DNA of 64,000 nucleotides from a virus. Lineage: Duplodnaviria; Caudoviricetes. Positions within the stretch are counted from its first letter, which is position 1, and the number at the start of each line of letters is the position of its first letter. Below, piece after piece: positions 28,254 through 38,586 of the stretch. The DNA is taken from the IMG/VR virus record IMGVR_UViG_3300050034_000334, one strand, 5' to 3'. The notes under the pieces are model-generated. The model did not search any database. It was not told the origin of the DNA and was given only the letters and a program-made list of their open reading frames with translations. Made by a program: the position numbers and the translations under genes.

Positions 28254-29186
28254 CTAATTCTGTGGTCGTTCATCACAGGAGAACACAAGGAAAGGGCAGT
28301 TGGTGAATCTCGAGGTCAGATTGTGGAACTCGTCATTCGTGTTGAAGAAGTCGGTGACGATCTGAACAGATTTCATTCTGGGAATCAGAACCTTGACATT
28401 TGCAGTCCGGACCGCCCCATAGACATGACTGGTGACCCAGCGCGAGAACAAGACTTCGTTCAGAATTTCGCCACCACTCTTGCTGATGAACGAGTAGTCG
28501 ATCCCAGGAGTCTTGAAGCTGCCATCCTCCTGAGGAATGATGATGCCTGGCGTTGCCGGCCACGAGATGAAGTAGACGCGGGTGCCAGGGATGGTCACGA
28601 GATACTTGTCGCCACCGGCTCCGATCATGCTCACATTGAGAGAGTCCGCAAAGGCCGGTGTGCTTCCAGTAGGAGACACTCTCCAACTGTTCGCCATGCC
28701 GAACTTCTCAATCATCCGGAGAGCCTTGAGTGCAGACAAATCGTTGTTGTAACGCAGATCATCGAACCGGGTGGCATTCTTGACCATGGTGGCTTTGGAC
28801 ACGAAAGGCGACTTTTCCTTGTCCTTGTAGAAGGCCTCGAGACTATCAAGTTGCTTCTTCGCTTCGGCTGTGTTGTAAGCAAATCCCAAGTATTTCTGCA
28901 GGTTCATCAAGACTTGAGTGAACAGACTGTAGTCCAGCAGACCATAGAGATGGTCAAGGATCTGCTCCTGATCGTAGGGAGTCTGCACAGAACGAACCTC
29001 TGGTCCCTTCTCAAACCAGACGTCAGTCAATTTTCTTCCTAGAATACCACTCCAATGATCCGTACGACTGAATGGGAGCATGGTGAAAACTCGATGAAAT
29101 TCCCTTTCTAGGGATTCTTCAGAGGAGAACATACTGATAATTTCCTCTGCGAATTTCTTTGCCACACGTTGATATACTTCCTGCAT
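28254..29186 (-). CDS. Hypothetical protein
   Basis: 310 aa; the + strand ORF 28221-29042 reads as its antisense shadow. Confidence 0.7.
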   Translation of the reverse strand: MQEVYQRVAKKFAEEIISMFSSEESLEREFHRVFTMLPFSRTDHWSGILGRKLTDVWFEKGPEVRSVQTPYDQEQILDHLYGLLDYSLFTQVLMNLQKYLGFAYNTAEAKKQLDSLEAFYKDKEKSPFVSKATMVKNATRFDDLRYNNDLSALKALRMIEKFGMANSWRVSPTGSTPAFADSLNVSMIGAGGDKYLVTIPGTRVYFISWPATPGIIIPQEDGSFKTPGIDYSFISKSGGEILNEVLFSRWVTSHVYGAVRTANVKVLIPRMKSVQIVTDFFNTNDEFHNLTSRFTNCPFLVFSCDERPQN

Positions 29187-29944
29187 AGGTTTCTCCCATC
29201 ACTTGGTAATACTGTGTTGTTAGCTATCATGTGACACATACTAATAAAGACGTCTGTGGGAATTGCGTTTTTCATCAAGTTCACTGTTTTGTGTACCCAT
29301 TGAACATTTCCCAGTTTGTATCCTAAACTTGTATCTATCCTATCCAACGAAGCTGTAAACTCGTTGAAGTCTGAAGGAGCACTAGGAAGAGTAATCTCTA
29401 CCCCGGACAGCGCACAACACCTATCCTGGTCAAGTAGTAGAGCATAGGCTTCTTCCTTGCTGATTTCAAATTCGATATTCCTGTACTGAGCACAGTCTTT
29501 AATCTTTTTCCAGACTGGCCCAGGAATTGCCCATTTTGGATATATTTCTTTGGGTCTAATCCAACGAGTTTCCTTAATCTGACAGCCACAACTAACCGTT
29601 AGTTTATGTCTCAAGTTGTGGATTGAAACCTCCTTAGTAACTCCACAATCACAAGAAACTCTAACTCTTCCTCCAGGACCGGGAACAATGTCGGAAACGA
29701 CTAGCCTTCCAAATCTCCGACCTATTTCCTTCTTTGTCCTTTCATTAGCGGCTTTCCAGCTATTTTCTTTGAGACTTGCAAATCGGCATTCAGGACTGCA
29801 GAACATAGTGTTCACAAAGGAAGGAGATACTTGAAATTCTTTTGAACAAAATTGACAGTTTAGAGTGAATCGATGAAAGAATTTCTTGCTGCACTTTTCT
29901 CGAATTGCAGGATCAACATCCAATCCACATTTGGTACAAATCAT
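29108..29944 (-). CDS. HNH-type homing endonuclease
   Basis: 'GRRFGRLVV...SCDCG...SCGC' plus 'SLDRIDTSLGYKLGNVQWVHKTVNLMK'; AT-rich. Confidence 0.8.
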   Translation of the reverse strand: MICTKCGLDVDPAIREKCSKKFFHRFTLNCQFCSKEFQVSPSFVNTMFCSPECRFASLKENSWKAANERTKKEIGRRFGRLVVSDIVPGPGGRVRVSCDCGVTKEVSIHNLRHKLTVSCGCQIKETRWIRPKEIYPKWAIPGPVWKKIKDCAQYRNIEFEISKEEAYALLLDQDRCCALSGVEITLPSAPSDFNEFTASLDRIDTSLGYKLGNVQWVHKTVNLMKNAIPTDVFISMCHMIANNTVLPSDGRNLCRKYINVWQRNSQRKLSVCSPLKNP

Positions 29945-30007
29945 CAGTAACTCCTTTGTAAGAGGAGCATGAAGTCAATATACGAATAGAAAGTCAGTTC
30001 TCACTTT

Positions 30008-30526
30008 CTAGTCATATGTGTCCTCAACTTTGGCAAAGAATTGTTTGAGAGATTCTACTTCTGGACGTTCGTAGAGCCGATTCTTGTGACCACAAGCCGG
30101 GCAGGTGAACTGACCTTCCCCAGAGTTCCAATAGTCCCCTTCAGTGCATCCGGAAGGCGGAGTGTACCAATGTGTCTGAATGTATGTCAGTTGGTTGACA
30201 GGAAACTGGGCTCCACATCCGCTCCACTCTCCGCTGCCTCCAGTGATCGACCACCCCAAACAAGTGATCAGTGTGGTCTTGGTGGCTTCACGCTCTCCAG
30301 CCCGGAGGATGCGGAGCTTCTCGTTCAGCTTTGCAATCTTGGCCCTGATAGACAGCATCTCTTCAGAAGGAACGATCCCCTGGCGAGAGATTTCTGCATA
30401 GGGACTGTGTTCGCCCTTGTGGCCCTTGAGCAGATTACAGGTGAATCCCCACCGGAACTTCGCAATGTGTTTGTAGGGTTCGTCTGGTTCACGAACACTC
30501 TCCCGGCAAATTGTTGACCAGTCCAT
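30008..30526 (-). CDS. Hypothetical Zn-ribbon protein
   Basis: Coiled coil plus Cys pairs ('CLG...GCG', 'CPACG'); start at MDWST. Confidence 0.6.
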   Translation of the reverse strand: MDWSTICRESVREPDEPYKHIAKFRWGFTCNLLKGHKGEHSPYAEISRQGIVPSEEMLSIRAKIAKLNEKLRILRAGEREATKTTLITCLGWSITGGSGEWSGCGAQFPVNQLTYIQTHWYTPPSGCTEGDYWNSGEGQFTCPACGHKNRLYERPEVESLKQFFAKVEDTYD

Positions 30527-30731
30527 CAGTCGCACCTTCTTGCACAAAATAGACATCGAAGTCCATGTTCTTGGCCTGCGTGACGTTAGAGGCATCCACG
30601 TCCAACTCGCATTCTTTGGCAATAGCGAGAGCCTGAGTGACATTGTCGGCCACGACTGTTGCGATCTTCTCGTGCAGGCCAGAGTAGTATCTCAATTGCC
30701 ACAACTTGCTTTTTCCAATTTTCATCAGCAC
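30489..30731 (-). CDS. Hypothetical protein
   Basis: 80 aa with GAGGTG SD. Confidence 0.55.
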   Translation of the reverse strand: MLMKIGKSKLWQLRYYSGLHEKIATVVADNVTQALAIAKECELDVDASNVTQAKNMDFDVYFVQEGATDGLVNNLPGECS

Positions 30732-30735
30732 CTCG

Positions 30736-31377
30736 TTACTTTTGACATTTCTTACAGTAGTTGCGAAATCCGGATGGTCGGCAGTTACAGCGGTAGAATT
30801 CGTCTGTGGGCAAGTATTCTTGATGCCCGCTGCACCAAGCAGTTCCTTGTGGAGCTAAATGATGTCTACCTAGTCTAAGTTTGAGAAGACCTTGGCTTAT
30901 TTTGGATCTAGTATCGCCAGATCGTTCCTTACCCAACATAGGGTGACTTTTTGCATCCAGTTCTCTAACAGCTTTAGATACCGCACTACGTTGCAGTTGA
31001 CCATTTGTTTTGCCATAACGATGATTCTTTGCTCCCATCTGAGCTTCACTTACTTTCTTGCGAGCACTTTCAGTTAGACCACAACCACCATCTCCTCCCG
31101 GAGTCATGTTGTAGCCATACCCAGCTATGTTGGCTCTATACTGAGCGATATACATCTTTTCTTGATCGGCAAGATCTTGCTTTGAACCTATTCCTGAGGA
31201 CAAAACGCTAATTTCAAACGTCTGCGCTCCGTATTTCCTCATAGCTCGGTAAAGGTAGCAATCTCCTCTTACAGCATCTCTCAGATGTCTTTGCCAACGA
31301 TCTTTGACATGTTCTCCCACGAATTTTCCCACGTACACTTTGTTGTTAACTGTATTCGTCACGAGGTAGACCAGCAT
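30736..31377 (-). CDS. GIY-YIG homing endonuclease
   Basis: 'LVYLVTNTVNNKVYVGK...RW..H...LYRAMRKYG...E..YI...GYNMTPGG'. Confidence 0.85.
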   Translation of the reverse strand: MLVYLVTNTVNNKVYVGKFVGEHVKDRWQRHLRDAVRGDCYLYRAMRKYGAQTFEISVLSSGIGSKQDLADQEKMYIAQYRANIAGYGYNMTPGGDGGCGLTESARKKVSEAQMGAKNHRYGKTNGQLQRSAVSKAVRELDAKSHPMLGKERSGDTRSKISQGLLKLRLGRHHLAPQGTAWCSGHQEYLPTDEFYRCNCRPSGFRNYCKKCQK

Positions 31378-31378
31378 G

Positions 31379-32401
31379 TCACAACTCACAAATCTCTACA
31401 GCTTTGTCAAAGATTGAGTCATCGTCAGTAAGTGCTCTGAGCACTTCTAAGGCATCCGACGATTCAATACCTTCAACAGCCTCATCCATAACTGAAAAGA
31501 AGGCAGACATTTCGCCTGTTTTATTGCCTACCTTTTCCATTCCCTTGTCGGCCATCGTGAAGATAACTTCAAGTGGTTTCACAGGGATAGGAAGTTCCTT
31601 GTAAGCCATGCCCTTTTCAGAGAAGGAGAGTAGAGCCAAAGATACCGGGCGATCCACCTCATCCATATTTAGAGCCGCCCTTGCTACTGAGCCAAGATGA
31701 ATATGTGTTACATTTCCCACTGTAACAGTTTCTTTTCTACTATGGTCATGTCCCCAACATACAAAATCGTAGTCAGTTTCAGCCAAAGCAGGATAACCAA
31801 TCGGGTTGTAAGGAATGCCTGTGTTACCGAAGGTCGCGTTCTCGGCATCCGGGTGACCATAGGCATGGAGTAATGCTATCCGATAGGTGACGCCCTGAGG
31901 ACGAGGAGGAGCATCTAGGATAAGTGGAAGGAGCGCGGTCTCGTCACAGTAGGGATAGCCTTCCACCAGTACGGAGATGGTCTCATCACGATTGGTGAAA
32001 ATGACAGAATTGTTCAAGAGATTCTGAAATGCACCGGAGGCCATGACCACTCCAAGCGGCTGATGGGGAAGGGATTCCAGACTGTCCCAGCTTAGATCAT
32101 GATTCCCTGGAATGCCCCAAAGTCCAAGAGGAAAGGTCTTCAGAATCTGAATGGTGTGACGAATCAGATTCATGGTGTTGCCTTGAGCTTTGGGCTTCTT
32201 GCTGTGGAAAAGATCTCCACCGTGCAGGCCCACGGCCCGGTACTTCACACACATGCTTACCCAGTAACTTACCTTGCCCAAGATCGTGTCGGAATAGTCG
32301 TCCGCTCGACGGCCTGGAGGCACCGCGCAGACATGAGTGTCCGTTCCGTAGATGAAATTGATAGCATGGTGATCAATTTGGACTTTCTGGTACATATACA
32401 T
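31379..32401 (-). CDS. sbcD: SbcD/Mre11-like metallophosphoesterase nuclease
   Basis: DTH, GGDLFH, GNHD and WGHDH motifs; near the SbcC-like gene. Confidence 0.85.
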   Translation of the reverse strand: MYMYQKVQIDHHAINFIYGTDTHVCAVPPGRRADDYSDTILGKVSYWVSMCVKYRAVGLHGGDLFHSKKPKAQGNTMNLIRHTIQILKTFPLGLWGIPGNHDLSWDSLESLPHQPLGVVMASGAFQNLLNNSVIFTNRDETISVLVEGYPYCDETALLPLILDAPPRPQGVTYRIALLHAYGHPDAENATFGNTGIPYNPIGYPALAETDYDFVCWGHDHSRKETVTVGNVTHIHLGSVARAALNMDEVDRPVSLALLSFSEKGMAYKELPIPVKPLEVIFTMADKGMEKVGNKTGEMSAFFSVMDEAVEGIESSDALEVLRALTDDDSIFDKAVEICEL

Positions 32402-33047
32402 GGTCCTATCTGGTGTGTACCGTATCGTTAACACAAGGAATGAAAACACCTATGTTGGAAGTTCCTACAATGTGCAAGCTCGCATGCAAGTTCATCGCTA
32501 CGAACTCAAGAAAGGAACTCATCCTAATCCTCACTTACAGAGATCCTGGAACAAGTATGGAGAATCTGCCTTTGTCTTTTCCATGATTGAAGAGGTACCA
32601 GTTCCTCATCTCTTGGAACGTGAAAACTACTGGATTCAATACTACCATTCCTTCGAGAGAGAACACGGATTCAACATCCTTCGCTATGCTCACAGTTGTC
32701 TTGGATATAGATGGACAGAGGACCAAAGAAGACATCTCAGTGAGAAAAGAAGAGGACATGTTTGTTCCGAGATCACCAGAAAACGAATAGCCAATTCTCA
32801 CATTGGGAAGCATAGAGAAGTCAAGCCTGTAGAATTGCGACAACGCTGGTCTGAAATTAAGAAAGGAAAGACCAAAAGCGAAAGTTGGAAAGCTAAGATT
32901 GGAGAATCTCAACAAGGAGTAAAGAATCATCGTTTTGGTAAACGATGGATGAGTCGTTATGACCATCATCCGATATCAGTTAGCCCGGATGAAATCGACA
33001 ATTTGATACTCCAAGGTTGGCAGCTCGGAAGAAAGAAATTCAGTTGA
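32400..33047 (+). CDS. GIY-YIG homing endonuclease (antisense to the operon)
   Basis: 'SGVYRIVNTRNENTYVGSS..VQARMQVH...HPNPHLQRSWNKYG'. Confidence 0.88.
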   Translation: MVLSGVYRIVNTRNENTYVGSSYNVQARMQVHRYELKKGTHPNPHLQRSWNKYGESAFVFSMIEEVPVPHLLERENYWIQYYHSFEREHGFNILRYAHSCLGYRWTEDQRRHLSEKRRGHVCSEITRKRIANSHIGKHREVKPVELRQRWSEIKKGKTKSESWKAKIGESQQGVKNHRFGKRWMSRYDHHPISVSPDEIDNLILQGWQLGRKKFS

Positions 33048-33204
33048 TACTCAGCTTGTTGATGACTGCCTCTGCCATAGCTTTGGCAAAGGCAAGAGCT
33101 TCTTCCTCGTTGTCAAACTTCTTGGTGGTCTTCAACTGCCTGGATCCATGTTCACCTGGCACCAGCGTTACCTCAACCTCTTCCCCATTGACAACAACCT
33201 TCAT
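33040..33204 (-). CDS. Small hypothetical protein
   Basis: 'MKVVVNGEEVEVTLVPG...' with GAGG SD. Confidence 0.55.
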   Translation of the reverse strand: MKVVVNGEEVEVTLVPGEHGSRQLKTTKKFDNEEEALAFAKAMAEAVINKLSIN

Positions 33205-33262
33205 CCTCGTGTCCTTCCTCAACCTTTGTGGTCCCTCGTCGGTTCCAAGTTGAGGTGGTCAG

Positions 33263-33538
33263 TTAGACCTGTTGAGGCTTGATGTAGGGATTAGGCTCCT
33301 CGTCAGCGAACCGAAAGTAGAAACCATGGACAGGAGAGTTGGACTTGTGAGGAATCGAAGTTGATCTTTCGATCTGACGTCCATACGGATCCTGCTTGGT
33401 GTCATCTCCCGATACGAAGACAACATTGATGCAAGTGGGACTCCAAACAGCAGTCACAAGAGCATCATGAGGAGTGCCGACCGGGTCATGATAGATTACT
33501 GCATGACCAAGCTGAGGGTTAGGGTTGCTGGTTTCCAT
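33263..33538 (-). CDS. Hypothetical protein
   Basis: 'G..V.Y.DP.G..H.ALVTAVW...CINVV' type phage protein, AGGAG SD. Confidence 0.65.
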   Translation of the reverse strand: METSNPNPQLGHAVIYHDPVGTPHDALVTAVWSPTCINVVFVSGDDTKQDPYGRQIERSTSIPHKSNSPVHGFYFRFADEEPNPYIKPQQV

Positions 33539-33601
33539 AGTGTTTGTGTCTCCTGCCACGAAAGTGTACTGCTACACTGGTACGTGGCCTACAGTGTAAT
33601 G

Positions 33602-33904
33602 TCAATCAAGAGATATTCTTCTGAAATGGCGGCGGATGTTGGCATATTCAGGAACCATACCAAGAGTAATGATAATTTCAGCGGCAGCTGCTTCAATGAT
33701 GGCAGCCTCCCCGAATTCAACCATTTGTCTCTCAGCTCCAACAATTCCAATTTCATGAAGAGCATGAATCATTTTGCTAGCTGTGCGAATGCGAGCCATA
33801 ACCCAGGACTCTTGATCACGGTTAGCAATAGGACGTTGACACATCATCTGTTCCCCTGATGAGGGTGGTTGTGGATCAGATGATTGCTTAGATTTCGATT
33901 TCAT
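33602..33904 (-). CDS. Hypothetical protein
   Basis: 100-aa ORF with GAGG SD. Confidence 0.55.
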   Translation of the reverse strand: MKSKSKQSSDPQPPSSGEQMMCQRPIANRDQESWVMARIRTASKMIHALHEIGIVGAERQMVEFGEAAIIEAAAAEIIITLGMVPEYANIRRHFRRISLD

Positions 33905-33942
33905 AGTTGTTACCTCGCAAATCTTGATACAGTCAAGACATT

Positions 33943-34698
33943 ATGACTTCCGGATTCACTTACATGGAAATCATTCATGGTATTTATCAGATACTCAATC
34001 TCAGAAACGGGAAGAGCTATATTGGCCAAAGTTACGGAAAACAGGGGATCTTGGGAAGATGGGAGGGACATCGTAGTGATTTACGTCGTGGAAGTACAAC
34101 CAACACCAAGTTTCTAAATGCATGGAGAAAATATGGAGAAGATAGTTTTGATTTCAGAATTGTCATGGTTATTCCTAACAAGATAGAAATTCTGGATGAA
34201 GCTGAAACATATTTCATCAAACTGTTTGATTCCATTGACAACGGATACAATCTTCGAGAAGGAGGTAATTCAGCTAGACATAGTCCCTCTAGTACAGAGA
34301 AACTCAAGCAGTCCCTTCATACTTACTATTCAAACCAAGGCAATAGGAACAAGGCTTCCATAGCTCAAAGGAAACGGTTTGCTGAACAAGGAGTTTCTAA
34401 GGAGACTCGTATCAAACAATCAAAAAGTCAAACCGGAAGAATTCATCCAGACGAAGTGAGAAAGAAGATACAAGTGGCTTCCTTAACATCTCAGAGAATA
34501 CGGTTTGACACTCAAGGAGTAAGTGAAGAAACTCGTAAGAAGATGTCTATTCTAAGAAGAGGAGTGAAACCTTCAGAAACTGTTCGTCAATCCAGAGCCG
34601 AAGGAGTTAGAAAATTTCATGCCACCCAAGGATTCAGCGAAGAAACCAGGCAGAGAATGTCTGCTGCCCAAAAGAAAAGGTTTGCTAAGACACCTTGA
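33943..34698 (+). CDS. GIY-YIG homing endonuclease with NUMOD3 repeats (antisense)
   Basis: 'GIYQILNLRNGKSYIGQS' and repeated 'SEETR.KMS' units. Confidence 0.9.
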   Translation: MTSGFTYMEIIHGIYQILNLRNGKSYIGQSYGKQGILGRWEGHRSDLRRGSTTNTKFLNAWRKYGEDSFDFRIVMVIPNKIEILDEAETYFIKLFDSIDNGYNLREGGNSARHSPSSTEKLKQSLHTYYSNQGNRNKASIAQRKRFAEQGVSKETRIKQSKSQTGRIHPDEVRKKIQVASLTSQRIRFDTQGVSEETRKKMSILRRGVKPSETVRQSRAEGVRKFHATQGFSEETRQRMSAAQKKRFAKTP

Positions 34699-35284
34699 TA
34701 AGTATAATCTTTCCACTTAGAGTCAGAGAGGAAAGGATGGGCCGGTCATATTCTGGTTGATCTCTCTCTTCTTTATAGATCACCGTCTTCACATTATTGA
34801 TAATAATGGACTTAAAGCAATCCAAACACGGAACGGCTGTATTAAAGAGTACCAACCCCTCCTGTCTAGGAAGTATGGAGTTGACAGGATGTTCCAGACT
34901 CAACTGGGTCAAAGCAGACACTTCAGCATGAACAGTGAGCCGGCAAGTGACCGCTGGGATGCAACCAATCTTCCGGCAGTCACCCTTCAGACCCTCCGGT
35001 TTCACGTTGGCTCCCCAGCTGAGAATTGCCAGGTTCCGGTCAGTCACAACACAACCCATCTTTCGACGTTCACATTCAGCCGTCTCGGCAACTTCATCGA
35101 TGCGATCGAAGATACCTGCGACTGACTGCTCGTCAAATTGTGGGATATTTGGGCTGATCTCATGAGGTTCAGCATCAATCCAGTCAAAGGACCGGGCATA
35201 GTAGGCTATGCGATGTCCTGGATCAAGTTCTAGCCTCACCTTGTACGAGTTGAACGGAACATACAATCTTTGAGTGAATTTCAT
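34685..35284 (-). CDS. dCMP deaminase
   Basis: 'CERRKMGCV', HAE and PCLDC zinc motifs. Confidence 0.85.
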   Translation of the reverse strand: MKFTQRLYVPFNSYKVRLELDPGHRIAYYARSFDWIDAEPHEISPNIPQFDEQSVAGIFDRIDEVAETAECERRKMGCVVTDRNLAILSWGANVKPEGLKGDCRKIGCIPAVTCRLTVHAEVSALTQLSLEHPVNSILPRQEGLVLFNTAVPCLDCFKSIIINNVKTVIYKEERDQPEYDRPILSSLTLSGKIILIKVS

Positions 35285-35565
35285 ACTCCCTCATACTCTC
35301 TTAGGAGAGCTTCTCCTTTGGAGATTTCCTCGGTGATTTCGACCAGCTTGGCAGCCAGCGACTGTTCGAGCTCAGTGGCCTTGGCCTGCATCTCGTCGGC
35401 ACTCATGTCTTCGGGATCGGCCACGCCGTATTCGCGCAACTTGTTCAGAGCTTCGGAGAGTTTCTGCTCTTCGATTCCGGCCTCGCGAATCAGTTGATCC
35501 TTCTTGCCAAGTAGGACCTTCTGTCGGTTTTGGACATCGCGCAGGAGAGTTTGGGTATCGGGCAT
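35281..35565 (-). CDS. Small coiled-coil protein
   Basis: 94-aa heptad-rich ORF directly after the SbcC-like gene. Confidence 0.7.
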   Translation of the reverse strand: MPDTQTLLRDVQNRQKVLLGKKDQLIREAGIEEQKLSEALNKLREYGVADPEDMSADEMQAKATELEQSLAAKLVEITEEISKGEALLREYEGV

Positions 35566-35566
35566 T

Positions 35567-36772
35567 CTAGACCTCGTGGATACAGAAACTGGCACCACAC
35601 TTGGGGCAGGTGACTGAATCCTTCAACCTGCGCTCTTCCTCAATGGTTTTCCTGAGTTCAGCTTCTTCCTCTTCGTTTTCTTCAAGGACATTGATTGCTG
35701 ACTGCAGGCGCTGCTGACAACTACCCACTGAGGACATAAGTGAAGCGGCTTGTCTTAGATACCCAACCAAGGCTCTGATGTCCTTGATTTCTTCCAACCC
35801 GTTATCAGTGTTGGAAATGACGCTATCTACAGCATCGGAGATATGCTCTCCAGAGGCTTTCTTGCTTCTAAGTAGGACTGCTGTACTGTCTAACTGGGCA
35901 ATCATGCGATACAAGGCGAGTAACTCGCTCCACATATCCCTGACTGTCGATAACCGGGTAATTGCCTGACCAAGCAGCGTGTCGCGCTTCTTGATGATAG
36001 CACTCTTTTCCAGCCAAGTTATCAAGGACTGTAAGTTGGCGACCTCGTCCAATGGCGGAGCAGTTATGTTGGAGATTAGTTGGCGAAGTGAATTGAACTT
36101 ATCCAAACTTACAGCGGATTCTTGATACAAGAAGTTCAAGGTCTCAAATCCCTTGGCTTCGCTCTCTAGCAGAACCAGACCTTCCATGATCGGAGTGACA
36201 TTGGTCTGAATCTCGGTCAGCTTGTGCTTACGAGTCTCCGCCTCATTGATCTCAGTAGCAATGGACTTCGCCTCTGAGCCTTTCTGTTGAATCCTGGTGT
36301 TAGTCTCGCGCTTCCCCATCTCGAGCTTCTCAGTCGACGAGAAGGCCCCAAGGATGGCGTTCATTTGAGTTGGCCCAACATCCTGAAGCATGAACTTCGA
36401 ATCGTGCTGATTCGAAAAGATGGGGTCGAGCTTTGTGTCACCGATTTCGATGATCCCCATGTTCAGAGCTTTGACTTCATCGGGGATCTCGAGTGCTCCA
36501 CGCTTGAGGAGCTTGCCATCGATGAGGTACTTGTTGCTGTCGCCGACGGATCGTTTGATAGTGATTTTGTGACCCCCAATTTCGAGGGTCACTTCGGTAT
36601 CTTCTTCTCCCACCCGGATCTGATCTGCTTCGATCTCATTCCGAATTAGACCTTGCAGAGCACGAACAGCAGCACTCTTGCCGGTGTCACTGTCGCCAAC
36701 CAGGACGGTCAGTTTTCCCAGGGCCAGTGAAAACTCTTCCCATGGTTGGAAGTTCTTGGCAGACAGTTTCAT
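35567..36772 (-). CDS. sbcC: SbcC/Rad50-like ATPase, N-terminal half only (ends at the Zn hook)
   Basis: 'KNFQ...LTVLVGDSDTGKSAAVRAL' Walker A, coiled coil, C-terminal CPKCG. Confidence 0.75.
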   Translation of the reverse strand: MKLSAKNFQPWEEFSLALGKLTVLVGDSDTGKSAAVRALQGLIRNEIEADQIRVGEEDTEVTLEIGGHKITIKRSVGDSNKYLIDGKLLKRGALEIPDEVKALNMGIIEIGDTKLDPIFSNQHDSKFMLQDVGPTQMNAILGAFSSTEKLEMGKRETNTRIQQKGSEAKSIATEINEAETRKHKLTEIQTNVTPIMEGLVLLESEAKGFETLNFLYQESAVSLDKFNSLRQLISNITAPPLDEVANLQSLITWLEKSAIIKKRDTLLGQAITRLSTVRDMWSELLALYRMIAQLDSTAVLLRSKKASGEHISDAVDSVISNTDNGLEEIKDIRALVGYLRQAASLMSSVGSCQQRLQSAINVLEENEEEEAELRKTIEEERRLKDSVTCPKCGASFCIHEV

Positions 36773-38052
36773 CAGAAGGTCTCTACATCCCCATCCTTGA
36801 CATCTTCAACTTCAAACTTCTTGTTGACGAAGACCTCGTCATCATCGAAGGCTGCTTCCTCACCCTTGACATAGGTAGCCAGGGCAGAATCAACCTCACA
36901 CTCGAACTCGGTGGAGTCGACTGTGTTCACCAAGAGCTTGCGAAGTTCACCCAGAATCTCCGGATTCTGATTGATGACCAGATCCTGGATCGCCGCGTCC
37001 TTGGATGCATACTTGATGATGGCCTCGTCAGGGTTCTTGCCGACGAAGTAGGTGCGACCGATGTAGTCGATGAACTTGTAGCGACGTCCCAGCTGGCGAA
37101 CAGAGATGTTCTCGTCCACTCCAAGACCAGTTCTGAGCCAGAGAGTTCCCTCGCGGAAACCTCCACCGGTCACCTTGTTCTTCAATGAGCGAGCACGAAT
37201 CTGAGTGACAGCAAAGGGTCCCTTATTGTCACCTGGCTCGATGATGAACGGATCGTCAGCGAATCCACCGGCTCGGAATGCCTTCACGGTCTTCAGTTCC
37301 AGCATGTAGGACGTGTTGTAGCGATTCGCCATTCCGCCGGGAAGAGTGTAGGGGAGGTTGGTGAATGATGGGTACTTCTGTGCCCACTTGGCGTCGTTTC
37401 CGTCCTCGATGCGTGCTCTCTGCTGGTTGATCATGATGAAGATGCAATCATGCTCAGCAGCGTGAGGCAGAAGAACGTCGTAGAAGTCTTGAATGGCCTT
37501 GGCGTGTTTACCCACGGTTGCCTTGAATGCGGCACCCGACTGAATGTCCTTTTCGTCGACCTTGGACTTCATGCGAGGAATGGAGTCAAACACGAAGAAG
37601 CGGCAGCCGGCATTCATCAGGTCGATGACATCCTTGGCACTCTGCTCGATGCTGTCAGGCTTCTTGATGAAGACCATGCTCTCGTCAATGCCCATGACCC
37701 TGGCATACTTGCTGTTGGTGGTGCGCTCGAAGTCGAACGCTGCAGCAGGCTCGCCGGTCTGACGTTGGTAGTTGGCAATGATCCCCAGAGTGAGAGTCGA
37801 CTTGCCGGCTCCTTCATTACCGTGGATGTGAATTACACGACCACCATGACAAACCCCTCTCCAGCCCAAGACCTGGTCCATAGTCAGGAAGCCGAACGGA
37901 ACGAAGGTCTCGTCGACGTTCTCTTCAAGGACACGCCAGTCTCCCTTGGACTGGGCCTTATACTTGAGGAACTGTTCACGACGATCCTGAATGGTGAAGA
38001 CGCGGGTGTTGATGCTGCTTCCTGCAGATTTCTTGACGGTTGGCGCGGCCAT
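36772..38052 (-). CDS. recA: RecA/UvsX-like recombinase
   Basis: 'GRVIHIHGNEGAGKST', 'FDFER', 'VFDSIP', 'IFIMINQQR'. Confidence 0.92.
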   Translation of the reverse strand: MAAPTVKKSAGSSINTRVFTIQDRREQFLKYKAQSKGDWRVLEENVDETFVPFGFLTMDQVLGWRGVCHGGRVIHIHGNEGAGKSTLTLGIIANYQRQTGEPAAAFDFERTTNSKYARVMGIDESMVFIKKPDSIEQSAKDVIDLMNAGCRFFVFDSIPRMKSKVDEKDIQSGAAFKATVGKHAKAIQDFYDVLLPHAAEHDCIFIMINQQRARIEDGNDAKWAQKYPSFTNLPYTLPGGMANRYNTSYMLELKTVKAFRAGGFADDPFIIEPGDNKGPFAVTQIRARSLKNKVTGGGFREGTLWLRTGLGVDENISVRQLGRRYKFIDYIGRTYFVGKNPDEAIIKYASKDAAIQDLVINQNPEILGELRKLLVNTVDSTEFECEVDSALATYVKGEEAAFDDDEVFVNKKFEVEDVKDGDVETF

Positions 38053-38064
38053 AATCTCCTCGGT

Positions 38065-38586
38065 TTACTGGTTTGTCAGAGCATAGTGTGCAAGCAGAAG
38101 CGCATCAGCCCTTCCTAGATGCCCGATAGTTCTGCCACGATACTCATGGCATAGTTCACTGGCACTGTCCGGATAAAGTTGGACTGCTCTCTGTACAGCA
38201 GCTTCTTTCTCCTTGGGCATATCCTTCATGATCTTGACCTTCCAAGTGGCCGGATGCACGAGAGAATACGGAATGTGATAAGCCGAAAGCATGCCTCTCC
38301 ACAGGCCAAATCCCATGCCAAAGTTGAACATGGAAGTGACACCCTGACCAGGCATCGCCGACACCTTCTCTAATACGCAGGTGGCCTCATCTGCGGAGTC
38401 TGCAAAGGCTTTCAATGCCCTTGCCATGTCGATTTCGTTGTACTCGGATTTGTTCTTGGTTCCGCTCTTCACCTGGAACATGGCAGGGTCATAGAATTCC
38501 ACGGAGGTTACAGCACTGTCCACCACCGTGATGCAAGCTATGGCTCCAGTTTGCCCGGGATCAATTCCTAGATAGACCTTCTTCAT
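38065..38586 (-). CDS. ruvC: RuvC-like Holliday junction resolvase
   Basis: 'YLGIDPG', 'LEKV.AMPGQGVTSMFNFG', 'GRADALLLA'. Confidence 0.85.
   Translation of the reverse strand: MKKVYLGIDPGQTGAIACITVVDSAVTSVEFYDPAMFQVKSGTKNKSEYNEIDMARALKAFADSADEATCVLEKVSAMPGQGVTSMFNFGMGFGLWRGMLSAYHIPYSLVHPATWKVKIMKDMPKEKEAAVQRAVQLYPDSASELCHEYRGRTIGHLGRADALLLAHYALTNQ

Noticed and set aside
28221-29042. 273-aa + strand ORF (also 41510-42397, 56509-57270, 37450-38118, 38586-39233)
   Set aside because: Antisense mirrors of well-supported minus-strand genes, as expected from codon bias.
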